64,000 nucleotides of DNA from Eledone cirrhosa (taxonomy: Eukaryota), in assembly GCA_964016885.1 (NCBI GenBank), contig OZ024742.1, positions 158,968,001-159,032,000 of the forward strand, read 5' to 3'. A program made the position numbers and the translations under genes. How positions within the stretch are numbered: position 1 is the stretch's first letter; every line of letters begins with the position of its first letter. Under the pieces are notes generated by a model that had not been told where the DNA came from, made no database searches, and was given only the letters and a program-made list of their open reading frames with translations. Positions 28,696 to 41,824 of this stretch are shown one piece after another.

Positions 28696-31600
28696 TTTCT
28701 TTTTATTTGCCACCAGGGCATCAAAAAGTGGGACAAGTACAATGGGGGGAGTTTACATGAAAAGGTGTCCTCAATAAGGAGAAGGCAATAACAAAGTATA
28801 AAAATAAAATAAAATATAACAAAATAAATTTTATAACAAAATCCTCAATAGGGAGGAGGCGCCGTGGGGGGTCGCACACACCCCCGAAAAAAAGTGTGCA
28901 TCCCTTCTCCTAAGGAGCACAGAGAGGGGGTGCTCCCTTGATCTTTCATCTTCCTCACCTATAGTCTGATGTAGAGTGAAGGCCCATTCACACGGGCCAT
29001 TCTCGCCACTTTCACCCATCTTTCATAAAAACGGCTGGGGTGCAGCATCTCTCTCTCCATCCTGATCCTTCTTCCGAAATGATATCGGAAGAAAGGGACC
29101 AGTTGTTGGCCAGAGAGAAAGGTGTCTGACCTCAGTCCTTTCAGACGCGTCCACCATACAACTTTCGCCATGGCTATGACGCACAGAAACACCGGCTCTC
29201 CTTCGTTTTTGAAGAGGGGAGGCGGCTTGATCGTTACAATAGACTCGGTGGTCAACCGGATCGGTCCCACCCTTGACAACAATTGTTCGACATAGCCCCA
29301 CAGATCGGCAATTCCCGAGCAGTGTACCAATGCGTGTGCAACGGTTTCCTCGTCGTACACGCATCTGGGACAGATCTTTTTCGAGGGGTCCCTACCCTGG
29401 CGCCCGTGTCTGTAGAGCCTTATTCGAACGGGCAGAGCCCCTCGGTAGCACTGCCAGGCCAGGGACCTCTGGAAGTTATCCAGGGGTCCCGGGCTGAATG
29501 TCCTACCGAACAAGTTGGCCAGTTCGTCTTCTTCCATGCCTAGGGCTTCTCCGAGGGCGTCGTCGCACCTGCTAACAACCAGCCCTCTATAGAATGACGA
29601 GGTGGATTCTCCACTGACAGCCGGGTCCGCCTGCCAGAGAGCCGTGAGCGCCTGGGCACACACGGTGTGCCAGACGCCCAGTTTTCTCGGTCTTTGCTTG
29701 ACCCAGGATTGCAGCTCGGTGAGTGAGACGAGTCTGGGAAAGACTCGCCTCACAAACGGGGCCCACACCGGTTGATCGGTGAGGAATACCTGGAGGTGCC
29801 GTAGCCTTAATGCGTGTTTACGTATCATTAACCACGGCATCCCCAGCCCTCCTTTAGAAGGGTGTTGACAGCAGATGGATCTCCTCACCATAGGAGCCCG
29901 CTTCTTCCAATGGAATTGGAAGAGTGCGCGCTCCATTTTGGCGAGCATTTCCCTTGGGCAAGGCACAACGGTCAGGCGGTAGTAGATGACGGACGCTATA
30001 TAAGTGTTCGCCACCTCCGCCCGACCTTTCGGGGATAGTTTGCACTCGGCCCACTTCTGGGTCAGTGCAAACACCCTGTTCGTTACCTCATCCCAGTTCT
30101 TCTCCACCTGGAGGTCTGGTCCGAACCAGACCCCGAGCAACTTCACCGGGCTCTCCATCCAGCGCCCGACGACGCCATTGGAGGGCATCGATCTGCCCCT
30201 CCACGTGCCGAGTTGCAGACCGATCGACTTGTCTCGGTTCAGCTTAGCCCCTGTAAACCTTTCGTACTCCTCCAGTAAGGTACCGATCGCCCCGATTTCC
30301 GAGGCCGTCGACACCATTACTGTTACGTCATTGGCGTAGGCCGACACCTCTTTGCGCAATCCCGGTTCCAACGGGATGCCCTGCAACAACTCCAACTTCC
30401 GCATCAGTGGCTCTAGCGTCATTACATACAGAGAGGGCACCCTTGTCAGATAGACCGCGCGATTTCGAACGGCTCCGAGATGTAGCCGTTCACCTTGACC
30501 CTAGAGCAGATGCGGCTGCTGTGCATGGCATTGATCCAGCCCCTGAAAACGGGTCCGAAGCCTGCCGCCGCTAGCACCGCATCCAGGTAACCATGCTCGA
30601 CCCTATCGAACGCCTTAGATTGATCCAAGTTGATCAGGGCCCCACCAAAGCCGGGTTCGTTCCCAACCCTCTCTATGATGTATCGTATGAGGTGGAGGTT
30701 GTCGTGGATGGACCTGGACGGGATAGCACATGTCTGCGCATCTCCCACCAGGTTGCCCACGACAAGCGCCAACCTCTTTGCTAGCACCTTGGCCAAAATC
30801 TGTAACTCTGTATTTAGCATAGTTATGGGCCTGAAATTATTTATATCGTCCCCCTTGTTCTTGTCCTTCCTCACTAGCGTGACTACGCCCTTGGTCACAG
30901 CACAGGGAATTCTCCCGTTCTGTTGCCAGTTGCAGTAGACCGCCTCGAGGAGTTCGGGGAACAAGTGCGGCATAGCTAGATATAGTTCGTATGGAAGACC
31001 ATCGAGACCCGGGGATTTGCGTTTGCCGCATTGGCTCAGCACGTCCTCTATCTCAGTGGCTGAAATCGGCTCCTCGCAGGACTTCGCCTCCCTGTCCGAG
31101 AGACGCGGCAGGCCGTCGAGGTATAGACCGAAGTCCACTTCCCCAACCGGCTCCCCGCCCCTTCCGAACAATCTGGCAAAGTGCTTATGAAAAGCCTCGC
31201 ACATCTGCTTAGGCTCAAGGATCACCCGTCCATCCTGGTCTCGCAAAGACCGGATAGTGGATTACTCCCTCTTTTAGCTTCTGTCACGCGGGCCCAGCAA
31301 ACAGCTTTGGACCCCTCGTTTCCCAGAGCACGTATTTTGCTTCGGACGATGCAGCCTTCGTGTTTCGCGTCGAAGAACTGGCCCAAGGCCGTTCTCGACG
31401 CTAGCACTCTGGCCACGTCGCCGCTTCTAATTGCCTCTTCTACACTATCTACCAACTCCCTTTCCTTCCTATTTCTATTTGAGGCTAACTCCTTACTAAA
31501 TTCTATAGAGGCTACTCTAATCTCTCTTTTGAGAGATCCCCACCACCTGTTGTTGACGATGGCGCCCGTCAACCGCTCCTTAACTAAAGTGCTAATCCGG

Positions 31601-31740
31601 TCCCTGTAAGCCTTACTTGCCGGTAAAGACAAGTTGAGCTTCCAGTAAACGGGTCGCTGTCTATGCGTTCTGTAAAGGTTGACCATGCAGGTCACTAACT
31701 TGTGGTCTGAATGGCCAACCATGCGCATTTTTGGACAAAT
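28693..31740 (-). mobile_element. L1/Tx1-clade element, 5'-truncated (RT to 3' UTR)
   Basis: ORFs 31222..31728, 30446..31246, 28959..30440; catalytic YADD mutated to YAND. Confidence 0.93.
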
Positions 31741-34700
31741 AAGTTTCTATTTATTTGCCACGAGGACACAAAAGAAGGGGACAAATAAAAGGGGGGATAC
31801 ATAAAGAGACGAGTAAAAAACAAATAATAAATATAAAATTAACAATACAGTCCTCAATCGGGAGGAGACGTTTTGAGAGTTACACCCCACTCCCCCGAAG
31901 AAGTGTGCAACCCTTTTCCTTAGGAGTACAGAGAGGGGGGTGCTCCTTTGCACTTCCACCTTTCCACCTACAGGCTGATAAAGAGAGAAGGCCCATTCAC
32001 ACGGGCCATTCTCGCTACTTTCACCCACCTTTCATAAAACTTGCTGGGGTAGAGCACCTCCCTCTCCATTCTGATTCTTCTCTTAAAATGGTATTTAAAG
32101 AAAAGGACCAGTTGTTGGCCGGAGAGAAAGGTGTCCGACCTCAGCCCTTTCAAACGTGTCCACCATACCACCTCTTTCACCATGGCTATTACACAGAGGA
32201 AGACCGCCTCTCCTTCAGTTTTGAAGGGAGGAGGCGGCTTGATCGTTACAATGGACTCAGTGGTCAACCGGATTGGTCCCACCCGTGACAGCAGTCGTTC
32301 GACATAGCCCCACAGATCGGCAACGCCCGAGCAGTGTACCAATTCGTGCGCAACGGTTTCCTCGTCGCGCACGCATCTGGGACAGATTTTTTTCGAGGGG
32401 TCCCTACCCGGGCGCCCGTGTTTGTAGAGCTTTTCTCGAACGGGCAGCGCCCCTCGGTAGCACTGCCAGGCCAGGGACTTCTGGAAGTTGTCCATAGGTC
32501 CCGGGCCAAATGTTCTCCTGAATAGGCTGGCCAGTTCGTCTTCCTCCATGCCTAGGGCTTGTTCGAGGGCGTCGTCGCACCTACTAACCACCAGCCCTCT
32601 ATAGAATGTCGAGGTGGAGTCTCCACCGATAGCCGGGTCCGCCTGCCAGAGAGCCTTGAGCGCCTGGGCACACACGGTGTGCCAGGCGCCCAGTTTTCTC
32701 GGTCTTTGCTTGACCCAGGACTGCAGCTCGGTGAGCGAGACGAGTCTCGGAAAGGCTCGACTCACAAACGGGGCCCACACCGGTTGACCGGTGAGGAATA
32801 CTTGGAAATGCCGTAGCCTTAATGCGTGTTTACGCATCAACAGCCACGGCAACCCCAGCCCTCCTTTCGAAGGGTGTTGACAGCAGATGGATCTCCTCAC
32901 CAAAGGAGCCCGCTTCTTCCAAAGGAATTGGAAGAGTGTGCGCTCCATTTTGGTGAGCGTTTCCCTTGGGTAAGGCACGACGGTCAGGCGGTAATAGATG
33001 ACGGACGCTATATAAGCGTTCGCCACCTCCGCCCGACCTTTCAGGGATAGTTTGCACTCAGCCCACTTCCGCGTCAGCGCAAACACTCTGTTCGATACCT
33101 CACCCCAGTCTTCTCCACCTGAAGGTCTGGCCCGAACCAGACCAACTTCACCGGGCCCTCCGTCCAACGTCCGACGACGCCGTTGGAGGCCATCGGTTTG
33201 CCCCTCCACTCGCCGAGTTGCAAACCGACTGACTTGTCCTGGTTCAGCTTAGCCTCTGTAAACGTTTCGTATTCCTCCAGTAAGGTGCCGATCACTCCGA
33301 TTTCCGAGGCGGTTGACACCATTACTGTCACGTCATCGGCGTAGGCCGACACCGCTTTCCGCAATCCCGGTTCCAAAGGGATACCCTGCAACAACTCCAA
33401 CTTCCGCAGCAGTGGCTCTAGGGCCAATACATATAGAAGGCAGGAGAGAGGGCATCCCTGTAGGATGGACCGCGTTATTTCGAACGGCTCCGAGAGGTAG
33501 CCGTTCACCTTGACCCTAGAGCAGATGCGGCTGCTGTGCATGGCAGTGATCCAGCTCCTGAAAACGGGTCCGAAACCTGACGCCACTAGCACCGCATCCA
33601 GGTAACGATGGTCGACCCTATCGAACACCTTAGATTGATCCAAGTTGATCAGGGCCCCACCAAAGCCGGGTTCGTTCCCAACCCTCTCTATGATGTATCG
33701 CATGAGATGGAGGTTGTCGTGAATGGACCTAGACGGGATGGCGCATGTCTGCGTATCTCCCACCAGGTTGCCCACGACAAGCACCAACCTCTTTGCTAAC
33801 ACCTTGGCCAAAATCTGTAACTCTGCATTTAGTAGTGTTATGGGCCTAAAATTACTTATATCGTCCCCCTTGTTCTCGTCCTTCCTCACTAGCGAGACTA
33901 CGCCCTTGGTCACAGAACAGGGATTCTCCCGTTTTGTTGCCAGTTGCAGTAGACCGCTTCGAGGAGATCGAAGAGCAAGTCCGGCATACTTAAATACAGT
34001 TCGTATGGAAGACCATCGAGGCCCGGAGATTTGCGTCTGCCGCATTGGCTCAGCACGTCCCCTATTTCAGCAGCTGAGATCGGCCTCTCACAGGACTTCG
34101 CCTCCTCGTCCGAAAGACGCGGCAGGCCGTCAAGGTATGGACCGAGGTTCACATCCCCATCCGGCCCCTCGTCCCTTCCGAACAATCGGGCAAAGTGCCT
34201 TTGAAAGGCCTCGCACATCTGCTTAGGTTCAAGGATCACCCATCCATCCTGGTCGCGCAAAGACTGGATAGTGGATCTAGTCCCACTTTTGGCTTCTGTC
34301 ACGCGGGCCCAGCTAACAGCTTTGGTCCCAGAGCACGTATTTTGCTTCGGACAACGCAGCCTTCGTGTTTCGCGTCGAAGAACTGGCCCAAGGCCATTCT
34401 CGACGCTAGCGCTCTGGCTACGTCGCCGCTTCTAATTGCCTCTTCTACACTATCTACCAACTCCCTTTCCTTCCTATTTCTATCTGAGGCTAACTCCTTA
34501 CTAACTCCTATTGAAGCTACTCTAATCTCTCTTTTGAGAGAGCCCCACCACCTGCTGTTGACGATGGCGCCCGTCAACCGCTCCTTAACTAATGTACTAA
34601 TCCGGTTCCTGTAAGCTTTACTTGCCGGTAAGGACAAGTTGAGCTTTCAGTAACCGGGTCCCTGTGTATGCGTTCTATCAAGGTTGACCATGGAGGTCAC

Positions 34701-37393
34701 TAACTTGTGGTCTGAATAGCCAACCATGAGCATTTTTGGACAACTTAACATGTCCCTATCCTTATTTCTAACTAAGAACGTATCTAGGTACGATCTATGT
34801 TGACACAGTCGGAAAATCTAGTCGATATCTATCGGCCAGGTCGAATCGGCCGATTAACCCCTTGAGGCTGTTAAACCCCCTCTATCAGGACATGCCCCTA
34901 CATAGTCCCAACGTGCATCTAGGATACCATTCCAGTCCCCCACTAAAAGCAAGGAGCGGGACGTCCCTAGAAAAGTCTCCAGACGATGGAAGAAGTCTGG
35001 CCGCGTTGACCCAAAAGGGCCGTAGACGGCGACCAGCCTAAAAGCTCCGCCTTCACCACTGCCAATGTCCAGAACCACTAGTCGACCCTCCGGGTCTAAG
35101 TGTACCGTCTGTGTAGCGAGACCCAGATGTTTTTGTAGCAGAACGACAACCCCACCTCCACCTCCGGGTTGACAGAGAGATGCGTGCATCTTAAAGTCAT
35201 CAAAGGTGGGGGCCAGCTGTCGCACGCTGCTGATCCGGGCCTCGCAAATAACCATCACATTTATACATCGTGACCTGAGGTCATTTAGAAGCATTGCTTG
35301 CTTCCAAGGTGAGCCCAGGCCACGCGCATTTAGACAACCTATTCTCAACACAGCCATGTTGGTGGTAAAGAGAAAAGGCACCTACCTCTCTGCATCCTGG
35401 GGACCGGGCCGCACAATTTCCATGGGGGTGGAGGATGGGTTGTTGGATGGAGTGGTGGTTTGTGGAAGTGTAGGGGCATCAGTGTGTGGTGGGGTTGGGG
35501 TGTTTGGAGTTGTGTGGGTGTCTGGGTGGATTTTTTAGGAGGACACGGTTAATGGGTCTGACGCAGGGGGCCCCCACGTCCTCTTTAAAAGTGTATTTTA
35601 ACGTTTTGTAAATGTCCATTGGGGCTTTTATCATTTTTAGATGGGGAAGCCCCGTTGCTTGTGCGAAATTCGAACCTTCGGTTTTTATTAAGTTGTTATT
35701 ATAAATAACGTTTAACAGTTTTTTTGTTTATTGTATTTATGTAAGTATATGCACATTTTTCTTTTTGCGTGATGTTTTTTGTTTGCTGTTGTTGTGTGTT
35801 TTTTGTGTTGATGTCTGTGTTATGTCTTGGGGGGGGGGTTGTATTTGTGTTCCTGTGGTGTGTTTTCTTTTTTTTTCTTTTAACTTTATGAAAGTGCCCC
35901 CCCCCTCCCCTCGTCTAACGACGAAAGCGGGTCGTTTTCCGTATTCGAGGGGAGGGGTTCATTTTCGGCTCGTGTTTGTGGTGTGGGTGTTATTGTATTT
36001 GTTTTCTGGGGGGGGGGGGTCAGTTGTGTTTTAACTTGTGGTGTTAGTTGTTTTTGTGGTGGTGATGTTGTTAGTGTTGTAGTTGTTGGTGTGGGCAAAA
36101 TCGGTGTTTTTTTGTTTGCTTGGGAACAGGCAGCCCTCAGGTGACCTCTGCCACCACAGAGGTAACAAGCGGGTCGTCTACCCGCCACTGTGATGAGTAA
36201 GTAGGCAAGCCCATCCAGCAATATGCGGTCGGGGATCCTAGCAATTCGTTCTGGCTGCATTTGCACCAGAACTTGCAGGTTAGTTCCACCGAACACGTTG
36301 CTGGAAGACTTACTACCGAAATTACTGCATCCTCTTTCAAGTCTAGGAGGCCACACAGTACCGCCCAGAAATCAATATCTGGATCGATACTGTGTATGGT
36401 CAATCTTTGCGTTCTTCTTCCCAAATAAGTGAGGAAGAAGGTAAATAAGGGGGACACAATTGGGGCCAGGGAATGTTTTTCGGTCGTCAATTTATCTTTC
36501 ATTCGGATGGATAGACTACCGTAGAGTCTATCCTTCCAAATGAATACAATGTTTTTCAGATGATCTTTTAACGCCAGTTCAATCTCTGTCTGTGTGAGTT
36601 GTACTGGCTTACGGGTTTTGTTTGATATTGTCCTATAAATAATAATTTTTAAGCTATTTTCCTTTTTTAGCTCTGGAGGAGAATTTAAAGAAAATAGACC
36701 ATTCTCCTCCAAAGTTATATACTTCCGTGCATTTTCCATTTGCTGGGCCATGTTCGAAATGTCAATAGGTTCGTACACAATGGTTTTTTGGTAGTTTGAG
36801 CGAACGTCATTTTGTTCGCCCCCTCTTAGTTTACATTTGTCGAAATGTAGTTGTTTTCTTGTTTTTTGTTGTTACAATTTTCATTTTTTGTTGTTTGTGT
36901 TATTTATGTTGGTGTATGCGTTCACATTTTTTTCCCCGTTGGGGTTAGACTCCATTTTTTCAAAATCTTCACTTATATTTTCAGTATCCGAGAGACTTAT
37001 AGTCACAACTACTACTTCTCTCTCACCTTTGCTGGTGGGCGTGGCACCGTGAAAAGTCGAAACGGCATCCATTAATGTTGGCGATTTCTCCGAGTCAATT
37101 TTTTTCACATTTTTTTCATTAGGGTTAGGTTCCATTTTTTCAATGTTTCTAATAATCATTATTCTTTCAGTAGGGAGGCTTGTTACCTCAGCTACCCGCT
37201 CTCCTTCAGTTTGTTTAGTGGGCGTGTCATCGTTACCTGTGGTAATGGCTTCCATTACCACTAGCGTAGAGACAATCACAAGATTTTTAGGATGAAAAAT
37301 TTCACCCCAAAAGGGGTGAAATAAATTAACCCTAATGTCCGAAGACCCAGGCAAGTGGGTTGATTAACACAATAACGTGTTAATCAACCCACT
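31741..37393 (-). mobile_element. Near full-length L1/Tx1-clade retrotransposon (ORF1 and ORF2), frameshifted
   Basis: ORF1 pieces 36881..37354, 36137..36778, 35886..36356 (CYLCGGRGHLRAAC). ORF2 pieces from 34854..35381 (APE) to 31968..33209. (GATA)n at 37398-37420. Confidence 0.93.
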
Positions 37394-37537
37394 ATCCAGA
37401 GATAGATAGATAGATAGATATACACGTGTATATATATGTGCGTGTGTGTGTGTAAAAGGTAAACAGAAATAACAACACAATCGGTACAGTATATGGAAGG
37501 AATATATTAGGTTAACGCTTGAAATAGCAGGAAGAGG

Positions 37538-37575
37538 GTCTTAACGTTTCGGACGTTAGTCCTTCATTCGAAGAA
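37538..37575 (-). ncRNA. Degenerate minimal hammerhead-like motif
   Basis: Minus strand UCUU-CGAAUGA-A-GGAC-UAAC-GUCC-GAAACGUU-A-AGA. Confidence 0.45.
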
Positions 37576-37718
37576 AGAATGAGAAATAAGATAGATTGAA
37601 GGGACGTGGGGGTGGAATTGGAAAAAATGTCTTTAGATAAAAATAACAGGTCCATTCATCTCTTGGAAAACTGTGGATGCTGGCGTTTGGTGCATGATTT
37701 ATTTTTTAGAAACGTGGA

Positions 37719-38407
<689 letters not shown>

Positions 38408-40015
38408 TATGTTTGTCTTTGTAGTGGTGTGTGAATGTGTGTGTGTGTGTGTATTTGTTTGTTTGTCACAGATTTGGTTGTAGATTGGTTGTTCATGGAA
38501 TCCCATGACTAAGTTGGCGTATGTGAGGGCTACCTTCGTGCCCATTGCAGTCCATGAGATTTGTCGGTATGCTGAGTCATTGAAAGTAAATAAATTATTC
38601 TTAAGATAAATCGTAGTCCATCAATTATGAACTTTTTGTTGATGCGTGTTGGTATTTCAGAATTGTGTGTGTCTAGCCAGTACTGGATTGCCGTTATTCC
38701 ATAAGTGTGGGTATGTTAGTATAAAGGTTTACTACGTGAAAGGAGACAAGAATTGTGTCTTCACTTACTGTTTTTGGTAGGTAGTTCAGCATATCATGGT
38801 CATCTCGAATGTAACTCTGTATATGTTTTAGGAAGGGATTTAGTAGGATGTCCAGGAAGTTACTTTGATAAGATGGATTACACTGATACATCGAAACCGT
38901 TTATATTTTATATATTTTATATACATTATAAAACTCCTTTTTCTTTTTAAATTGTTCCTCTCATGCTTTCAATAATGTCACTTTAACGAAAAAAGGAAAA
39001 CAGATCCTTTAAATATATTTTTCGTGCTATTTCCATTTTCACTTTTTCTCTACAACCTCTGTTTTGCATAGAAGCTTACCCTCTTTTCAAATATCTTAAA
39101 CTATCCAAATCCGTAAAATGGCACTAAAACCCGACAACAAATAAAAATGAGGAAATCCTAAATATACTACAAGAGATAAACAGAAAACTCACATAAATAC
39201 TTGATAAAGCACAAAACCCTGCACTGGTCGATAACAACGATGACAATATAACAACCAATAACCAATTCAACCAAGCACTTATGCAATTACATGGGAAAAC
39301 AGAATAAGAAACCTCACACCACATTAAAATTTAAATTGCTCACTTTTGGAAAAAAACAATTGAAAACAAGAAAATTCACTTTTTGGAATTTGGTGAAAAA
39401 TATGAACAAGCTGGAATCTATGAACATGGATCAACTCCACACCACTAATCTTACCCAGTAAATTCCAAATAAAACCGATAATTAATGAACCTGAACAACA
39501 AAGGAAACTGCGAGAACAAATGTCACTCAACAAAATGCATATGGAAATAGAACTATTAAAATTAAGAGCCACCTCCAATGAACAAAAATACCAGGATATC
39601 GACCAACAAATAGAAGAATGTGCTTAAAACGCTGAGGGACCAACCCTACAAAATTTAATTAAATCCTGGAAATAGACAGCGCGAAAGCAGAACTAATTTC
39701 ACTAAAACGATGGGAAAAATCTGAAAATTGGTTTCTTAAATATGAACAGGATTTCAAAATAATACATCACACAGATAACCCCTTTATAAAGAAATTAAAC
39801 AAAACAAGAACTTTATTATATACAGAATAATTATTTTACTTTCAATGGTTCAAAATACCGAGAAATCTCAGGTACTGCAATGGGCACGAAGGTAGCCCCC
39901 ACATACACCAACTTAGTCATGGGATTCCATGAACAACAAATCTACAACTAAACCTGTGACAAACAAACACATTCACATACACACACCACTACAAAAACAA
40001 ACATATATATATATA

Positions 40016-40207
40016 TAGGAAAAATTTTAACCCCGACGGCAGAGCTCAAGCCGTTTCGACGGCTATTTCAGTTCAGAAATAGCCGTCGAAACGGCTTGAG
40101 CTCTGCCGTCAGGGTTAAACTTTTTCCTATTACCCACTCTACTACCCTAAGTATTGAGTACCTCTGGTGCGTTATGGTCCATCTGGTTCCTTACCACACC
40201 TCCTTCG

Positions 40208-40210
<3 letters not shown>
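40016..40210 (+). mobile_element. Family A fold-back mini-element with tail, in (TA)n
   Basis: Palindrome 40016-40130 plus a tail homologous to 13263-13342. Confidence 0.85.
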
Positions 40211-40274
<64 letters not shown>

Positions 40275-40600
40275 TCTAAAGACATATTTTATGATATATA
40301 GCTCTGATTATTTTATTTTATTTATTAATTTCTCATTGAGCCACAACGTGACCGGTTGCAAAACACATATATATCTATGACTTTATATATATGTAAATCT
40401 TTATATGTAATAATCTCCCGTTGGGTTGAGATGCAATTTGGCGATATTAGGCTGCGCTTTCTAGCAATAAGCCTACCCGCCGTAAGCAACTAGTCACATC
40501 CTTTCTAACTTGACCGCTGCCACGTCACGATTCTTAGCCATTTTTGAATGTATTTTTGGCGCGATCACTTTGGAAAATTAAATGTCTTATTTTGAGCTCG

Positions 40601-40674
40601 CTCCTGATGATTCCGAAGCTCTGGACATACCTTGTTATCGGATGTCTTAAAATACGGATGAAACCATGGTAGAG
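40601..40674 (+). ncRNA. Type I hammerhead ribozyme with extended stem II
   Basis: CUC-CUGAUGA-UUCCG..(39 nt)..CGGAU-GAAA-CCAUGG-UA-GAG; palindromic stem III ACCAUGGU; GUA site. Confidence 0.75.
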
Positions 40675-41014
40675 GTAATTTGGTATGTACGCAATTCTTC
40701 TAAGTTCAATTTTACACCTAATTGTGTTTAGTTGACTGTATATCTGGTCGATTTTTACATGCTGTCGAAATGTTGGATAAATAAGCTTTTGTAGCCACCG
40801 CGAAGGGGCTGCTTTCGGTTATTTGTCGAAGATTTCTTCATAGGTGCCTTTATTCTTATAGCTTGGTCTAATTGATTTTTTATATGGTTAATTATACTAA
40901 TGGTATATATTATATCTAGTGATTCTAAAGACATGTTTTATGATATATATATATATATATATACTACCTTGATTAAATCTTAACCATTTAACATCTCAAG
41001 GTATGTCATGTATC

Positions 41015-41077
41015 ATTATATTTTGTCTGATGAGGACGTACTGTTGTACATCCGAAATATGTATAATAAAATGTAAT
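41015..41077 (+). ncRNA. Type I hammerhead ribozyme
   Basis: 12-bp stem I AUUAUAUUUUGU/AUAAAAUGUAAU (2 GU pairs), CUGAUGA, stem II GGACGUAC-UGUU-GUACAUCC, GAAA, UAUGUA, UA. Confidence 0.82.
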
Positions 41078-41147
41078 TGATCAAAAGAACATCTATTTTA
41101 TTAATATTTGTATTTTAATATATATCTATGAAAATAGAGAAATTAAT

Positions 41148-41321
41148 TGTTTCTACTTTAGGCACAAGGCCAGCAATTACCCAGTACATTACTGCTACTT
41201 TATTTTATCGACCCCATAAGGATGAAAAGCAAAGTTAACCTCGGCGGGATTTGAACTCAGACTGTAAAGGGACGTAACTATGCTAGAAAGCATGGTGTCT
41301 GACGCTCTACCGATTCTGCCA
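41148..41321 (-). mobile_element. tRNA-derived SINE with 10-bp TSD
   Basis: TSD AGAAATTAAT at 41138-41147 and 41322-41331; A and B boxes present. Confidence 0.93.
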
Positions 41322-41356
41322 AGAAATTAATGTGAGCAAGAAGCCAACAGTATTTC

Positions 41357-41538
41357 CGGTGGATTGGCAGTATCGGTAGAGGGTCGGACGCCATGCTTTC
41401 AAGCATAGTTACGTCCCTTTACGATCTGAGTTCAAATCCCGCCGAGGTTGACTTTGCCTTTCATCCTTACGGGGTCGATAAAATAAAGTACCAGTAATGC
41501 ACTGGGTAATTGCTGGCCTTGTGCCTAAAGTAGAAACA
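41357..41538 (+). mobile_element. tRNA-derived SINE with 8-bp TSD
   Basis: A box TGGCAGTATCGG, B box GAGTTCAAATCC; TSD AGTATTTC at 41349-41356 and 41539-41546. Confidence 0.93.
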
Positions 41539-41640
41539 AGTATTTCATAATATATAAGTGACTATAACGTCAAGATGGAAAATATTTAACGTAAGATATG
41601 GGAAAATAATTCAAACTCAATTCAAAAAAAGTCAAGACAG

Positions 41641-41682
<42 letters not shown>

Positions 41683-41773
41683 CTTATAAAACCTTTTTTT
41701 CTATCCCCAAAATATTTTTCAAAGTTTTAATCCCATCACACTTACACACACACCACACTCACACACGCACGCA

Positions 41774-41824
<51 letters not shown>

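Noticed and set aside
21949-35538. Many plus-strand ORFs overlapping the Tx1 elements
   Set aside because: Antisense shadows of GC-rich ORF1/ORF2 with no recognisable motifs.
41357-41445. Possible tRNA gene
   Set aside because: A and B boxes belong to a multi-copy SINE head with TSDs; no full cloverleaf seen.
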